Positions 1-8,687 of a stretch of DNA of 64,000 nt are shown here, one piece after another (within the stretch, counting starts at the first letter, position 1; each line of letters starts with the position of its first letter). The DNA is taken from IMG/VR virus record IMGVR_UViG_3300025769_010106, positions 32,001-96,000 of that record; one strand, written 5' to 3'. This DNA is from a virus. Below the pieces are notes generated by a model, which made no database searches, was not told the origin of the DNA, and worked only from the letters and a program-made list of their open reading frames with translations. The position numbers and the translations under genes were made by a program.

Positions 1-17
1 TCTAAGGAGATAAGGTA

Positions 18-476
18 TTGAATCTAACTACGCTGACATATGAAAATATAGAAGCATTACAGTTTGATACCAACCACGACCCCGTGAGACCCGAGCTTGA
101 CCTTAACTTTAGGTTAGGCCCGGGCCGTCGGGTTTATGTGTTGGAAACAGACGGTAAGTATCAGGCAGCAATTTGCGTTGCCTATACTAATGAAGTACCA
201 ACTACTGTAAAGGAACTTGACCTTATGAGTCAGGCTGCTTGTCAGGAAGATCAACACGGTTCTATTTGTATAGCATATACAGTTTGGAGTCGTGCACCAC
301 GTGCTGGTAGAGAAATTGTGTTTCGTTTGCTAGACGAATGTCGTGCAAATCATAAAGTCAAACGTCTTATTACACTAAGTCCAAAAACGGATATGGCACG
401 TAGGTTTCACTTAAACAATGGAGCAGTTACTTTGCAGAACAATACTGCAACTGATAACTACGAATACAGTTTATGA
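18..476 (+). CDS. GNAT-fold-like hypothetical protein
   Basis: TTG start after AGGAG/TAAGGT; YTVWSRAPRAGREIV resembles the acetyl-CoA binding loop and is followed by MARRFHLNNG (cf. A..FY.K.G). Confidence 0.45.
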   Translation: MNLTTLTYENIEALQFDTNHDPVRPELDLNFRLGPGRRVYVLETDGKYQAAICVAYTNEVPTTVKELDLMSQAACQEDQHGSICIAYTVWSRAPRAGREIVFRLLDECRANHKVKRLITLSPKTDMARRFHLNNGAVTLQNNTATDNYEYSL

Positions 477-910
477 ATATTTTCAAAAATAGAAAAAGAA
501 TTATACTAGATCGCATTGGGCAACAGCCCTATCTAGAAAGGTATTACCTGTTCCTAAAAGATCGTAAATGGTTTCCATTTAACGTCTTCTTACACAAGTT
601 TTTACAAAGTGATCCAGACGAACTACACGATCATCCTTGGCCCTACTTCACGCTAATCTTACGTGGAGGTTATTGGGAGACTACTCCTAAAGGACGCTTT
701 TGGCGTGGCCCAGGGCATATGCGTGTTAACGGTCCTAAGAGTCTACATCGTGTAGAACTAGAACCAGGAGTATGTGCTTGGTCACTATTTTTTCCTGGTC
801 CTAAACTACGTGAGTGGGGTTTCATTGTAAACGGTAAATGGATGCACAATGAAAAGTATTTTGAATGGCGAAAGCAGAAGGTAAGAGATGAACAAACTAT
901 ATCTGTCTAA
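473..910 (+). CDS. RmlC-like cupin protein
   Basis: LHDHPW...GGYWE and HRVEL metal-binding cupin motifs; ATGA overlap with upstream gene. Confidence 0.65.
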   Translation: MNIFKNRKRIILDRIGQQPYLERYYLFLKDRKWFPFNVFLHKFLQSDPDELHDHPWPYFTLILRGGYWETTPKGRFWRGPGHMRVNGPKSLHRVELEPGVCAWSLFFPGPKLREWGFIVNGKWMHNEKYFEWRKQKVRDEQTISV

Positions 911-1400
911 TCGAGATATTGAAAAAGGCGTACATGATATTGTAAACTCAATGTATGCTGACAACTGGCGGCCCGATTACATTGTAGGTATTACACGAGG
1001 TGGATTAATTCCTGCTGTAATGATGAGTCATCTAACTGGTATTAAGATGCACACACTGGACGTTCGTTTGCGTGATGGCGATGAACAACAATCTAACTAT
1101 TGGATGGCAGAGGATGCATTTGGGATCTTTCAAATGGGCGGCACATATGAAGATAAGAAAATTCTTATCTTAGACGATATTAACGATACTGGTGCTACAT
1201 TCCAATGGATCAAAGAAGATTGGCCGGCAGGCTGTCATCCAAATGAACGCCGATGGGATAAAGTTTGGCATAACAATGTTCGGTTTGCTACTATTGTGAA
1301 TAATCTATCCAGTAAGTTTGAGATTGATCACGCTAGTATTGAAATCAACAAAGCAGAGGAAGACACATGGGTTGTTTTCCCATATGAGGAGTGGTGGTGA
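888..1400 (+). CDS. Type I phosphoribosyltransferase (Gpt/xanthine-guanine PRT-like)
   Basis: IVGITRGGLIPA and PRPP-binding ILILDDINDTGAT motifs; C-terminal WVVFPYE. Confidence 0.85.
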   Translation: MNKLYLSNRDIEKGVHDIVNSMYADNWRPDYIVGITRGGLIPAVMMSHLTGIKMHTLDVRLRDGDEQQSNYWMAEDAFGIFQMGGTYEDKKILILDDINDTGATFQWIKEDWPAGCHPNERRWDKVWHNNVRFATIVNNLSSKFEIDHASIEINKAEEDTWVVFPYEEWW

Positions 1401-1996
1401 TGCACGTACCATTATTTGAAACACACAAAGACTGGATTACTGAAGAAGAACATGGCATGTTACAAGCATTGGTGTTGTATGCTCCACGCTGGCGTTTTGG
1501 TCAGGTAAGCGACGATACAATCCAACCAAACTATCCCATGTGGTTCCAAAACTTTTGGAATATTGGGACATTTGAGTTCAAACCAGATCAAGAGATAGTG
1601 ACCAATCTGTTATCACAGCTAAAAGATAGATTTTTAAAGCTATGTCCCAGTAATTATAAACTAGTTAGGTTTATGGCTAGCAGCAATACATTTGGTATTG
1701 ATGGCGATATCCATACAGACTGGCCACATCCTGATGTAAGCATTACCGGTGTGCTCTATACAGACAAGGTATGGGAACAGAACTGGGGCGGCGAAACAGC
1801 GCTCTACAAGGATGGCATTGTAGAAGCTAGCGAATATGAACCCAGAAAGCTCATTACGTTTGATAGCAGTATTGCCCATATAGGCAAAGGACCGCAGCGA
1901 CGTTGTAAGGAGATGAGAACAATTCTAGCGTTTCAAGCAGTTAGCGAAGACGCTCTAAATGCTAGAATGAACAAAAAGGTTGACTCTGAATTATAA
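1400..1996 (+). CDS. 2OG-Fe(II) oxygenase
   Basis: HTD...WGGET...H...R facial triad pattern; start moved to ATG 1400 (GAGGAG at 1386-1391, TGATG coupling). Confidence 0.8.
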   Translation: MHVPLFETHKDWITEEEHGMLQALVLYAPRWRFGQVSDDTIQPNYPMWFQNFWNIGTFEFKPDQEIVTNLLSQLKDRFLKLCPSNYKLVRFMASSNTFGIDGDIHTDWPHPDVSITGVLYTDKVWEQNWGGETALYKDGIVEASEYEPRKLITFDSSIAHIGKGPQRRCKEMRTILAFQAVSEDALNARMNKKVDSEL

Positions 1997-2008
1997 ATAC
2001 CCTACAAT
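1980..2008 (+). promoter_or_regulatory. sigma70-type promoter TTGACT-N17-TACAAT with an embedded T4-like late box TATAAATA (1992-1999)
   Basis: Direct motif match upstream of queD. Confidence 0.7.
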
Positions 2009-2016
2009 ATTAATCA

Positions 2017-2075
2017 TAGAGGACTTAGTGTTCGTTCCCTCTCTAAAAATTCCGCACACTCCATAACCAAGGAGT
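2017..2075 (+). ncRNA. Candidate preQ1-I-like riboswitch / translational switch in the queD leader
   Basis: P1 AGAGG(2018-22)/CCTCT(2038-42), A-tract, pseudoknot AGTGT(2027-31)/ACACT(2056-60), competing hairpin ACTCC(2058-62)/GGAGT(2071-75) that hides the SD; directly upstream of queD-queE. Confidence 0.45.
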
Positions 2076-2081
2076 ATAAAC

Positions 2082-2555
2082 ATGGCAAAGTATATTAGTA
2101 CAAAAACATATAGGCACCTAGGTCCCGTTGCATACAGACAGTGGCGAGCAGATTCACATTGTAATCTTATCCACGGATATGCACTGAGTTTTCATTTCGA
2201 GTTTGAAACTGATGACCTTGATGCTCGAAACTGGGTAGTAGACTTTGGTGGATTACGTCCACTAAAGGACAGCTTAGAAGATTGGTTTGATCACACTCTG
2301 CTAGTAGCACAGGATGATCCAGACCGCGACACGCTACTAGAACTAGGCAAGAAAGGCCTAGCAAAGATTACAGAAGTTGAAAAGACTGGATGCGAGGGTC
2401 TATCAGACTTTTTGTATGAGTATGTAAACACAATATTTTTACCTAGTTGGGAACCTGGCACCAGGGTATGGTGCTGTAAGGTTGAGGTAAGAGAAACTGA
2501 CTCGAATATGGCTATGCGAGTTGGTCACAGAGAAGATGGAGAATTTGATGTTTAA
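2082..2555 (+). CDS. queD: 6-carboxytetrahydropterin synthase (QueD/PTPS family)
   Basis: HCNLIHGY, WVVDFGGL, FDHTLL, GCEGLS and VEVRET motifs. Confidence 0.88.
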   Translation: MAKYISTKTYRHLGPVAYRQWRADSHCNLIHGYALSFHFEFETDDLDARNWVVDFGGLRPLKDSLEDWFDHTLLVAQDDPDRDTLLELGKKGLAKITEVEKTGCEGLSDFLYEYVNTIFLPSWEPGTRVWCCKVEVRETDSNMAMRVGHREDGEFDV

Positions 2556-2763
2556 AAGTTTATGGAACATGTTAACTGGCTCAGGCAGTATTAAAGACAT
2601 TGTTAAGATAGCAACAGTATCAGAAGCTGAGCTCAAGAAGATGACCAAGAAGCAGATTGATGACTGGGCTGTAAATGCAGGTGTTACACTTGATCGTCGT
2701 CTTACAAAGGACAAGATGATTGCCGAGCTAAAGACACATAAATCACAAGTTAATATTACCTAA
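2548..2763 (+). CDS. Small protein with a HeH/Rho-N-like helical motif
   Basis: LKKMTKKQIDDWA..GVTLDRRLTKDKMIAEL; ATG 2548 follows GGAG. Confidence 0.5.
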   Translation: MFKSLWNMLTGSGSIKDIVKIATVSEAELKKMTKKQIDDWAVNAGVTLDRRLTKDKMIAELKTHKSQVNIT

Positions 2764-2772
2764 GAGGTTATA

Positions 2773-3636
2773 ATGAAAGTAAGATACACTGAAGCGTTTT
2801 ATTCAGTTCAAGGAGAAGGTCGCTGGACAGGTGTGCCCAGTGTTTTCCTTCGCATGTATGGTTGTAACTTTACATGTCCTAAGTTTGGCATTGCAAGAGA
2901 CAGTAACGAAACAGCAGAGCCCCATATCAATAAAATTGTAGATGAGATTGACAAATACAATAGCATTGATGAGCTACCACTTGTAACAGTTGGATGCGAT
3001 AGTTATGCAGCCTGGCATCCCGCATTTAAACGATTCCAGCATGATGTTGATATTGATCAACTAGTAGACGATCTGCTTGCACTTACACCAACAGGTTCTT
3101 GGACATTGGACAATGGACAGGATATCCATTTGGTTATTACAGGCGGTGAACCCTTGCTTGGTTGGCAACGAGCATATATACAATTATTCAAACACGAACG
3201 CATGAAGGACCTAAAGAATGTTACATTCGAAACTAATACTACACAGAATTTGTCTGACGATCTCAGATCGTACCTCACAGATAATCAACATGTACACATT
3301 ACATTCTCTTGTTCCCCTAAACTATCGGTTAGTGGACATACTTGGGTTGATGCTATCAAGCCTAATGTTGCTGTTGAGTACGCTAGTCTTCGTAACAGCC
3401 ACTTGTATCTTAAGTTCGTTGTTTGCGATGATGTTGACGTGGCAGAAGTTGATCGAGCTGTTGCAGAATATAGATCTGCAGGACTTGAAGCGCCGGTTTA
3501 CCTCATGCCAGTCGGCGGTACGACGGACAGTTACTTCAAAAATGGCCGCCAAGTCGCAGAGCTCGCCTTACAAAAAGGCTACAGATATAGTCCACGGCTC
3601 CACGTTGACATCTTTGGCAACGCCTGGGGAACCTAA
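2773..3636 (+). CDS. queE: 7-carboxy-7-deazaguanine synthase (radical SAM QueE) with an expanded cluster loop
   Basis: FYSVQGEG...VFLRMYGCNFTC...GCDS, ITGGEPL, FETN, SPK, YLMP, SPRLH; adjacent to queD. Confidence 0.88.
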   Translation: MKVRYTEAFYSVQGEGRWTGVPSVFLRMYGCNFTCPKFGIARDSNETAEPHINKIVDEIDKYNSIDELPLVTVGCDSYAAWHPAFKRFQHDVDIDQLVDDLLALTPTGSWTLDNGQDIHLVITGGEPLLGWQRAYIQLFKHERMKDLKNVTFETNTTQNLSDDLRSYLTDNQHVHITFSCSPKLSVSGHTWVDAIKPNVAVEYASLRNSHLYLKFVVCDDVDVAEVDRAVAEYRSAGLEAPVYLMPVGGTTDSYFKNGRQVAELALQKGYRYSPRLHVDIFGNAWGT

Positions 3637-3669
3637 TCCTGAGGAAAAGTTTCGTAAGGCTGGCATTTT

Positions 3670-4227
3670 ATGAAAACCATCTGGGTTAGACATGGTGAGT
3701 CAGAATATAATGCCAAAAACTTAGCAACAGGCTGGCATGATCCTCTACTCACAGAGAAAGGCATAAACCAAGCAGCAAAAACTGCTAAAGAACTTGCTAA
3801 TCGTTATCAGTCAGTTGATAGCATCCATTGCAGTGATTTAAAAAGAGCTGCACAAACAGCAAGTATCATCGTTCAATTAACTCCATGGTTTGTTGATGTT
3901 AAAATTGATCCAAGGCTTAGGGAACGTGATTATGGTACTTGGTCTGGTTGCGATAAAAATCAAAATAAACTAAGTGTGGGTCAAGAACAATATTTAGCCA
4001 TAAGGAGAGGTTGGAAAACAGCACCGCCTGAAGGCGAAAGTCTCGAACAAACCTCAGTAAGGGTAGCAGACTATTTGGACAATATAGAACAAAGTAATGT
4101 TCCAATTATTTTTGTATGTCACGGAAATACTATAAGAGCAGCAAGTGTAATTTTTGGTAAAAATACACCGGAATCTGTTGTAGACTGGGAAATAGAGACT
4201 GGAGGTTTCGTAGAATGGGAATACTAG
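3670..4227 (+). CDS. Histidine phosphatase / dPGM-like protein
   Basis: VRHGESEYN, SDLKRA, LRERDYG, PPEGES and HGNTIR motifs. Confidence 0.88.
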   Translation: MKTIWVRHGESEYNAKNLATGWHDPLLTEKGINQAAKTAKELANRYQSVDSIHCSDLKRAAQTASIIVQLTPWFVDVKIDPRLRERDYGTWSGCDKNQNKLSVGQEQYLAIRRGWKTAPPEGESLEQTSVRVADYLDNIEQSNVPIIFVCHGNTIRAASVIFGKNTPESVVDWEIETGGFVEWEY

Positions 4228-4583
4228 ACGACGCAAAACGTGCTATGGGTTTAGGTAAAGCTAAACGGGTTGAGGAACCTAAGCCACGGGCACCCAAGAA
4301 ATCAGATAAGGAAATCGCTACAGAAAAGGGTGAACCATGGGTTAGTGTCCTTAGTGTAGAAGTTGATCAGGAAAATCCTGGTAATGGTGCTTTTGAATTA
4401 GACTGGAACGAACCTTTTATTAAACTACTTTGGAAAAAAGGTTACCGTGACGAGAATGAAAACGATATGGTAGATCGTTGGTTCCAGGATGTATGCCGAC
4501 ACGTAGTTATGGAAAGCTACGAAAAAGATCAAGCTATGGTTACTCGTAACGACTTAGGTGATGGCAGGACTGAGTACAGATGA
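4215..4583 (+). CDS. Hypothetical phage protein
   Basis: Coupled ORF in the operon; no recognisable motif. Confidence 0.7.
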   Translation: MGILDDAKRAMGLGKAKRVEEPKPRAPKKSDKEIATEKGEPWVSVLSVEVDQENPGNGAFELDWNEPFIKLLWKKGYRDENENDMVDRWFQDVCRHVVMESYEKDQAMVTRNDLGDGRTEYR

Positions 4584-4756
4584 TCCGAGCTGTACCTCGT
4601 CAAGTAGCAAGGAACTATCTCAATACAATGGGCATGAGTTGGCTTATAACAGGTATGATTTTTGGTTCTCTATTAAGTCCCATGGGACTGGTTATCCTTA
4701 CACTTCTAACTGACTGGTGTTGGTGGAGAGTGTTCAAACACGCAAACAATCTATGA
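4580..4756 (+). CDS. Small 58-aa membrane protein (absent from the ORF track)
   Basis: MIRAVPRQ...WLITGMIFGSLLSPMGLVILTLLTDWCWWRVFKHANNL; ATGA overlaps at both ends exactly fill the gap. Confidence 0.7.
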   Translation: MIRAVPRQVARNYLNTMGMSWLITGMIFGSLLSPMGLVILTLLTDWCWWRVFKHANNL

Positions 4757-5511
4757 AAATATATCTAAACGGTGATAGTCACACTGCTGGTGCGGCAACA
4801 TACAAAAATTATTGCTTTGCTAATGATGATCCTGAGTATAGTCATCTAGGAGAGCTAGCTCATCCTAAATGTTTACAACTAAGTTATGGTTATGTCCTAG
4901 CAAAAATATTGAATGCTGAATTTTTTTGCGAAGCAATAAGTGCTAGTAGTAACTCTCGTATACTTAGAAAAACCAACGAATTCCTCAATAAGAAACTGGG
5001 CGGTGAGTTAATTGTTGTAATTGGCTGGAGTACATGGGAACGTGAGGAATGGCTGTACAATGACAACTACTACCAAGTAAATGGCAGTGGCACTGATATG
5101 GTTCCTAGAGAACTTGAAGAACAATACAAACAATGGGTGACTGAGCAAACTCGCAACAATATTTACAGTAAGTCATTAGAGTGGCACGATAAAATATATG
5201 AGTTACACAAACACCTAGACTCCAGAAATATTAAGCACTTGTTTTTTAACAGTTACGCCCACTTCCACAAAGTTCCTGAATTGGATTGGCATGGCTGTTA
5301 TTTGGATCCATACTCATCGGAAGGAACATATTGGAACTGGTGTAAGAATCAGGGATACAAATTACAGGATGATGTATCACATTACGGAAAAGATGCTCAT
5401 ATTGCCTGGGCAAAGTTTTTATTACACAGGTTGACAGATACGACAAACAGTAGTAGTATAGTAACTGTTAGATCAGCTAACATTAATAGAACTTTGCGAG
5501 TAAAAAAATGA
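4753..5511 (+). CDS. SGNH/GDSL hydrolase-like protein
   Basis: NGDSHTAG block I, ASSN, IGWS and a late HY motif; start moved to ATG 4753 (ATGA coupling). Confidence 0.65.
   Translation: MKIYLNGDSHTAGAATYKNYCFANDDPEYSHLGELAHPKCLQLSYGYVLAKILNAEFFCEAISASSNSRILRKTNEFLNKKLGGELIVVIGWSTWEREEWLYNDNYYQVNGSGTDMVPRELEEQYKQWVTEQTRNNIYSKSLEWHDKIYELHKHLDSRNIKHLFFNSYAHFHKVPELDWHGCYLDPYSSEGTYWNWCKNQGYKLQDDVSHYGKDAHIAWAKFLLHRLTDTTNSSSIVTVRSANINRTLRVKK
5431..5459 (+). promoter_or_regulatory. sigma70-type promoter TTGACA-N17-TAGTAT upstream of the nuclease gene
   Basis: GGTTGACA motif shared with other promoters in the window. Confidence 0.55.
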
Positions 5512-6518
5512 CTACATATTTGCTAGTAGATACAGCAAACACTTTTTTTAGGGCAAGGCATGCAGCTCATCGAGCGGCAGATCAATGGACCCGCTTGGGT
5601 TTTGCTATGCATGTAACTATGAGCGCAGTAAACAAAGCATGGCGTATAGCAGAAGCTGATCATGTGGTATTTGCACTCGAGGGCAGGAGTTGGCGTAAAG
5701 ACTATTATGAACCTTACAAAAAGAACCGTAAGGTAAAGTATGAAGCTCTTACAGAAGCAGAGCAGGAAGAAGATAATCTGTTCTGGGAAACATACGACGA
5801 GCTTACTACATTCCTTAAAGATAGTTCAAATTGCAGTGTCTTACGATGCGAGGTTGCAGAAGCAGATGATATTATTGCACGTTGGATTGATATGCATCCT
5901 AACGATAATCATGTAATTGTTAGCAGTGATACTGACTTTGTTCAGCTAGTTAGTGAGAACGTTCGTCAATACAACGGTATCCAAAATCACATGATTACTA
6001 TTGAAGGTGTGTTTGATGATTACGGTAAGCCTGTAAAGGACAAAAAGACAGGCGAGCCTAAGGAAGTGCCTAATCCTGAGTGGCTGTTGTTTGAAAAGTG
6101 TATGCGTGGTGATAGCACTGACAATGTATTCAGTGCTTATCCTGGTGTACGTAAAAAAGGCACTAAGAACAAGGTTGGTTTGCTGGAAGCATTTGAAGAT
6201 CGTGCTAGCAAAGGCTACAACTGGAATAATATGATGCTACAGCGTTGGACAGATCACAACGGTGAGGAACATCGTGTACTAGATGATTATGAGCGTAATC
6301 GCACACTAGTGGATCTTACTGCTCAACCTACTGAGATTAAAGATTTTGTTGATAACACAATCCGTGAACAAATGGATACTAAAACTAACAAGATGGTTGG
6401 TGCTAAGTTCCTCAAGTTCTGCGGCAAATATGAACTGAATAGGATTGCTGAAGATGTTACAAAATATGCAGAGTGGTTACAAAGTGGATACAATGCTACA
6501 AGCAATACCCATAGTTAA
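5508..6518 (+). CDS. rnh: T4 RNase H-like / FEN-type 5'-3' exonuclease
   Basis: LLVD, SWRK..Y..YK.NR, EADDII, SSDTDFVQL, GDSTDNV..PGV motifs. Confidence 0.88.
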   Translation: MTTYLLVDTANTFFRARHAAHRAADQWTRLGFAMHVTMSAVNKAWRIAEADHVVFALEGRSWRKDYYEPYKKNRKVKYEALTEAEQEEDNLFWETYDELTTFLKDSSNCSVLRCEVAEADDIIARWIDMHPNDNHVIVSSDTDFVQLVSENVRQYNGIQNHMITIEGVFDDYGKPVKDKKTGEPKEVPNPEWLLFEKCMRGDSTDNVFSAYPGVRKKGTKNKVGLLEAFEDRASKGYNWNNMMLQRWTDHNGEEHRVLDDYERNRTLVDLTAQPTEIKDFVDNTIREQMDTKTNKMVGAKFLKFCGKYELNRIAEDVTKYAEWLQSGYNATSNTHS

Positions 6519-6954
6519 TAATAAGTTCTGGATTATAGAACGTAATGGTCAGAAGGTAGGCACCTTACGACTAGGCAAAGAATATGTCCTAACAGTCCAG
6601 GATAAAAATGCACGGTATCCAGATCTAAACAGTTTGCTTGAAAAGCTGGACATCAACTTTGAACAGTCTAAACAGCTAGAAAATAAAAGTAAATCTAAAG
6701 AGTTTGATGTACATGGATTTCCTTGTAAGACTAAACCATATAATGATATTTTTGATCTAAAGCGTAAACTACCATTGTACACTAAAACTGAAAAAAGCCA
6801 GAGCTTTTATTGTGCTGGTTACTATGGCATACACTTTGACAATGGATGGGTAAGAGCATACTGTCCCAAGCTAATCACACTGAGTAGAAATGAATTCATA
6901 GGCCCATTCAAAGATAAATTGGAAATGCTAGAACAGATTAAGGCAAAATCTTAA
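6493..6954 (+). CDS. Hypothetical phage protein
   Basis: Likely start MLQAIP at 6493; operon-coupled. Confidence 0.65.
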   Translation: MLQAIPIVNNKFWIIERNGQKVGTLRLGKEYVLTVQDKNARYPDLNSLLEKLDINFEQSKQLENKSKSKEFDVHGFPCKTKPYNDIFDLKRKLPLYTKTEKSQSFYCAGYYGIHFDNGWVRAYCPKLITLSRNEFIGPFKDKLEMLEQIKAKS

Positions 6955-7169
6955 TGGCAAGGCTACCCTCTCTAATTAACTTGGACACCTTTATTACTAA
7001 GTGTACTAACAATAAAGCGGATCAATTGGTTATTAGTAAGGCTGACTCTATTAAGTTAGTAAACGATTATAAGCGATTGTTAACATATATTACTGAATTA
7101 CAGGCCCTAGTGATACAAGAAAGGGCAGGAAATGAGGTCACAGTGGAAATCAAGTCACCAGACTTTTAA
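6954..7169 (+). CDS. Hypothetical protein
   Basis: TAATG coupling to upstream gene. Confidence 0.6.
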   Translation: MARLPSLINLDTFITKCTNNKADQLVISKADSIKLVNDYKRLLTYITELQALVIQERAGNEVTVEIKSPDF

Positions 7170-7188
7170 AATATGGTACTATTTTTCT

Positions 7189-7196
7189 GATAAATA
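7189..7196 (+). promoter_or_regulatory. Late-promoter-like box GATAAATA
   Basis: Intergenic, about 30 nt before ATG 7225; the same box precedes structural genes. Confidence 0.5.
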
Positions 7197-7224
7197 ATAA
7201 TACGTTATTAGTCAGGAAAATCAA

Positions 7225-7524
7225 ATGAGCAGACCTAAGCCTAATGTTCTGTTAGAAAAAGTAGATAAAGAATCCTATAAAGTAGAGCAAGTGCTTGCTA
7301 GTGAAGGTGTATGGAGCGTATTCTATCAAGATAGTCCTATCAATCTAAAAAGCGGAAATCTACTTATAAACTATCCTGGTCCAAAGTACAAAAAGGTTAA
7401 CTTTAGTAATCCAGGTCATGCTATAAATCTTTGTAAAAAACTAAATCACCAGTTTCAGACTGCTGACTTTACTGTTATCTTACTAGGTACAGGCGAGATA
7501 GTTTATAAAGAAGATGCCAAGTAA
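7225..7524 (+). CDS. Hypothetical phage protein
   Basis: AGGA RBS; MSRPKP basic N-terminus. Confidence 0.7.
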   Translation: MSRPKPNVLLEKVDKESYKVEQVLASEGVWSVFYQDSPINLKSGNLLINYPGPKYKKVNFSNPGHAINLCKKLNHQFQTADFTVILLGTGEIVYKEDAK

Positions 7525-7885
7525 GAAACAATATACAGATATTTTTTTAAAAAACGCTGAACACACTCGAATACCCAAAGGTACCGAGATGGTATTCTTT
7601 TGGAAAAATGTAAGAGAGACTGGCGGGCTTAGACTTACTGATTTAGGTTATAAGTGTTTAGTAGAGGATCTGCAACTCAAAACCTATGAGTTACAATTAT
7701 GGAACAAAGACAGTCATATAGATGTAAACTATAAGTTCCTATTAGATCTAGATAAACATTTGAATGTGCCATATTATGTTAGAATAGGAAGGTGGCCTGT
7801 TGTAACTCTCTTTGATGAGCAAACTTATTTTTGGGCCACGCTGCATGGTGATTTTCAGAGGTTCTTAGATGGATACAAAATTTGA
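7514..7885 (+). CDS. Hypothetical phage protein
   Basis: Overlapping operon ORF. Confidence 0.65.
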   Translation: MPSKKQYTDIFLKNAEHTRIPKGTEMVFFWKNVRETGGLRLTDLGYKCLVEDLQLKTYELQLWNKDSHIDVNYKFLLDLDKHLNVPYYVRIGRWPVVTLFDEQTYFWATLHGDFQRFLDGYKI

Positions 7886-8180
7886 ACTTAACTATATAAA
7901 GTCAATTTATGACAGCAAGTGGCGTTATTTAGTTAATATATGGTTTGATGACTTTGGTTATCTAACAACAAAAACTATCAGAGAAAACTTACTAAAAATA
8001 ATGCTTGATCTTTACGGAAAACAAGACATCAACTGGAGTATACGTTGGACTAGTGCTGGTGCTGATATCAGATTTGTCAATGATTGCGATGCGGGTAGTT
8101 TTATTATGTTTTATACTGACACCAAAGATTCGGATCGCTGGTATAGAAACAATAGTAGTTACGTTGGTAGAGGGCACTAA
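7869..8180 (+). CDS. Hypothetical small alpha/beta protein
   Basis: W..RW...IRF..D.DA..F motif, similar to ORFs 14107 and 30933. Confidence 0.6.
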   Translation: MDTKFELNYIKSIYDSKWRYLVNIWFDDFGYLTTKTIRENLLKIMLDLYGKQDINWSIRWTSAGADIRFVNDCDAGSFIMFYTDTKDSDRWYRNNSSYVGRGH

Positions 8181-8217
8181 ATTTAGCAATAGTATGCAAA
8201 TTCTAAGAAAAAACAAC

Positions 8218-8241
8218 CGCAGAAATCTGCGATTTTTATTT
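8218..8241 (+). terminator. Probable intrinsic terminator
   Basis: CGCAG-AAAT-CTGCG hairpin followed by ATTTTTATTT. Confidence 0.5.
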
Positions 8242-8284
8242 CCTTATTTTTCAATAGGTTATTAAAACACCATTTTTTGTAGCC

Positions 8285-8345
8285 AAAATGGTTGACTATC
8301 TGGGTAGTCGTGCTATTATAAAGCATAAGTTGGAAATGAGGAGAG
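8285..8345 (+). repeat. 61-bp promoter+RBS cassette, copy 1 (TTGACT-N16-TATTAT, extended -10, GAGGAG)
   Basis: 60/61 identical to 8622-8682. Confidence 0.92.
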
Positions 8346-8351
8346 CAAACT

Positions 8352-8615
8352 ATGCAAAACATTACTTTTCCGTTCACCGTTACACTAGCAGGCGACAGCA
8401 TTTGGGACTATGAGGGTCCGCAAACTGTTACAGTCTCAGACATCGCTGTACACGAGGATGAGGACTACAAGATGATCGACGTAGTACACGATACAACGTG
8501 GGAGATCTACACAGACAGTGGCTTTGAGGCCGCAATTAGCAAAGCACTTGGCTATGAGGTGCAATTTACAGAGCAAGGTATGCAACAAAACGGCATGGCC
8601 TCTATGGAAGCATAG
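8352..8615 (+). CDS. Small acidic early protein
   Basis: Directly downstream of cassette copy 1. Confidence 0.75.
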   Translation: MQNITFPFTVTLAGDSIWDYEGPQTVTVSDIAVHEDEDYKMIDVVHDTTWEIYTDSGFEAAISKALGYEVQFTEQGMQQNGMASMEA

Positions 8616-8621
8616 CATAAA

Positions 8622-8682
8622 AAAATGGTTGACTATCTGGGTAGTCGTGCTATTATAAAACATAAGTTGGAAATGAGGAGAG
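8622..8682 (+). repeat. 61-bp promoter+RBS cassette, copy 2
   Basis: Direct repeat of 8285-8345 with one A/G difference. Confidence 0.92.
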
Positions 8683-8687
8683 TAGAT

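Noticed and set aside
3218-3673. 151-aa alternate-frame ORF inside queE, and the many short antisense ORFs in the structural region
   Set aside because: Contained almost entirely within well-supported genes, with no RBS or motifs
8285-8682. Direct repeats as a CRISPR array or att sites
   Set aside because: Only two 61-bp copies with a whole gene between them; they consist of promoter plus RBS; no cas or integrase gene in the window
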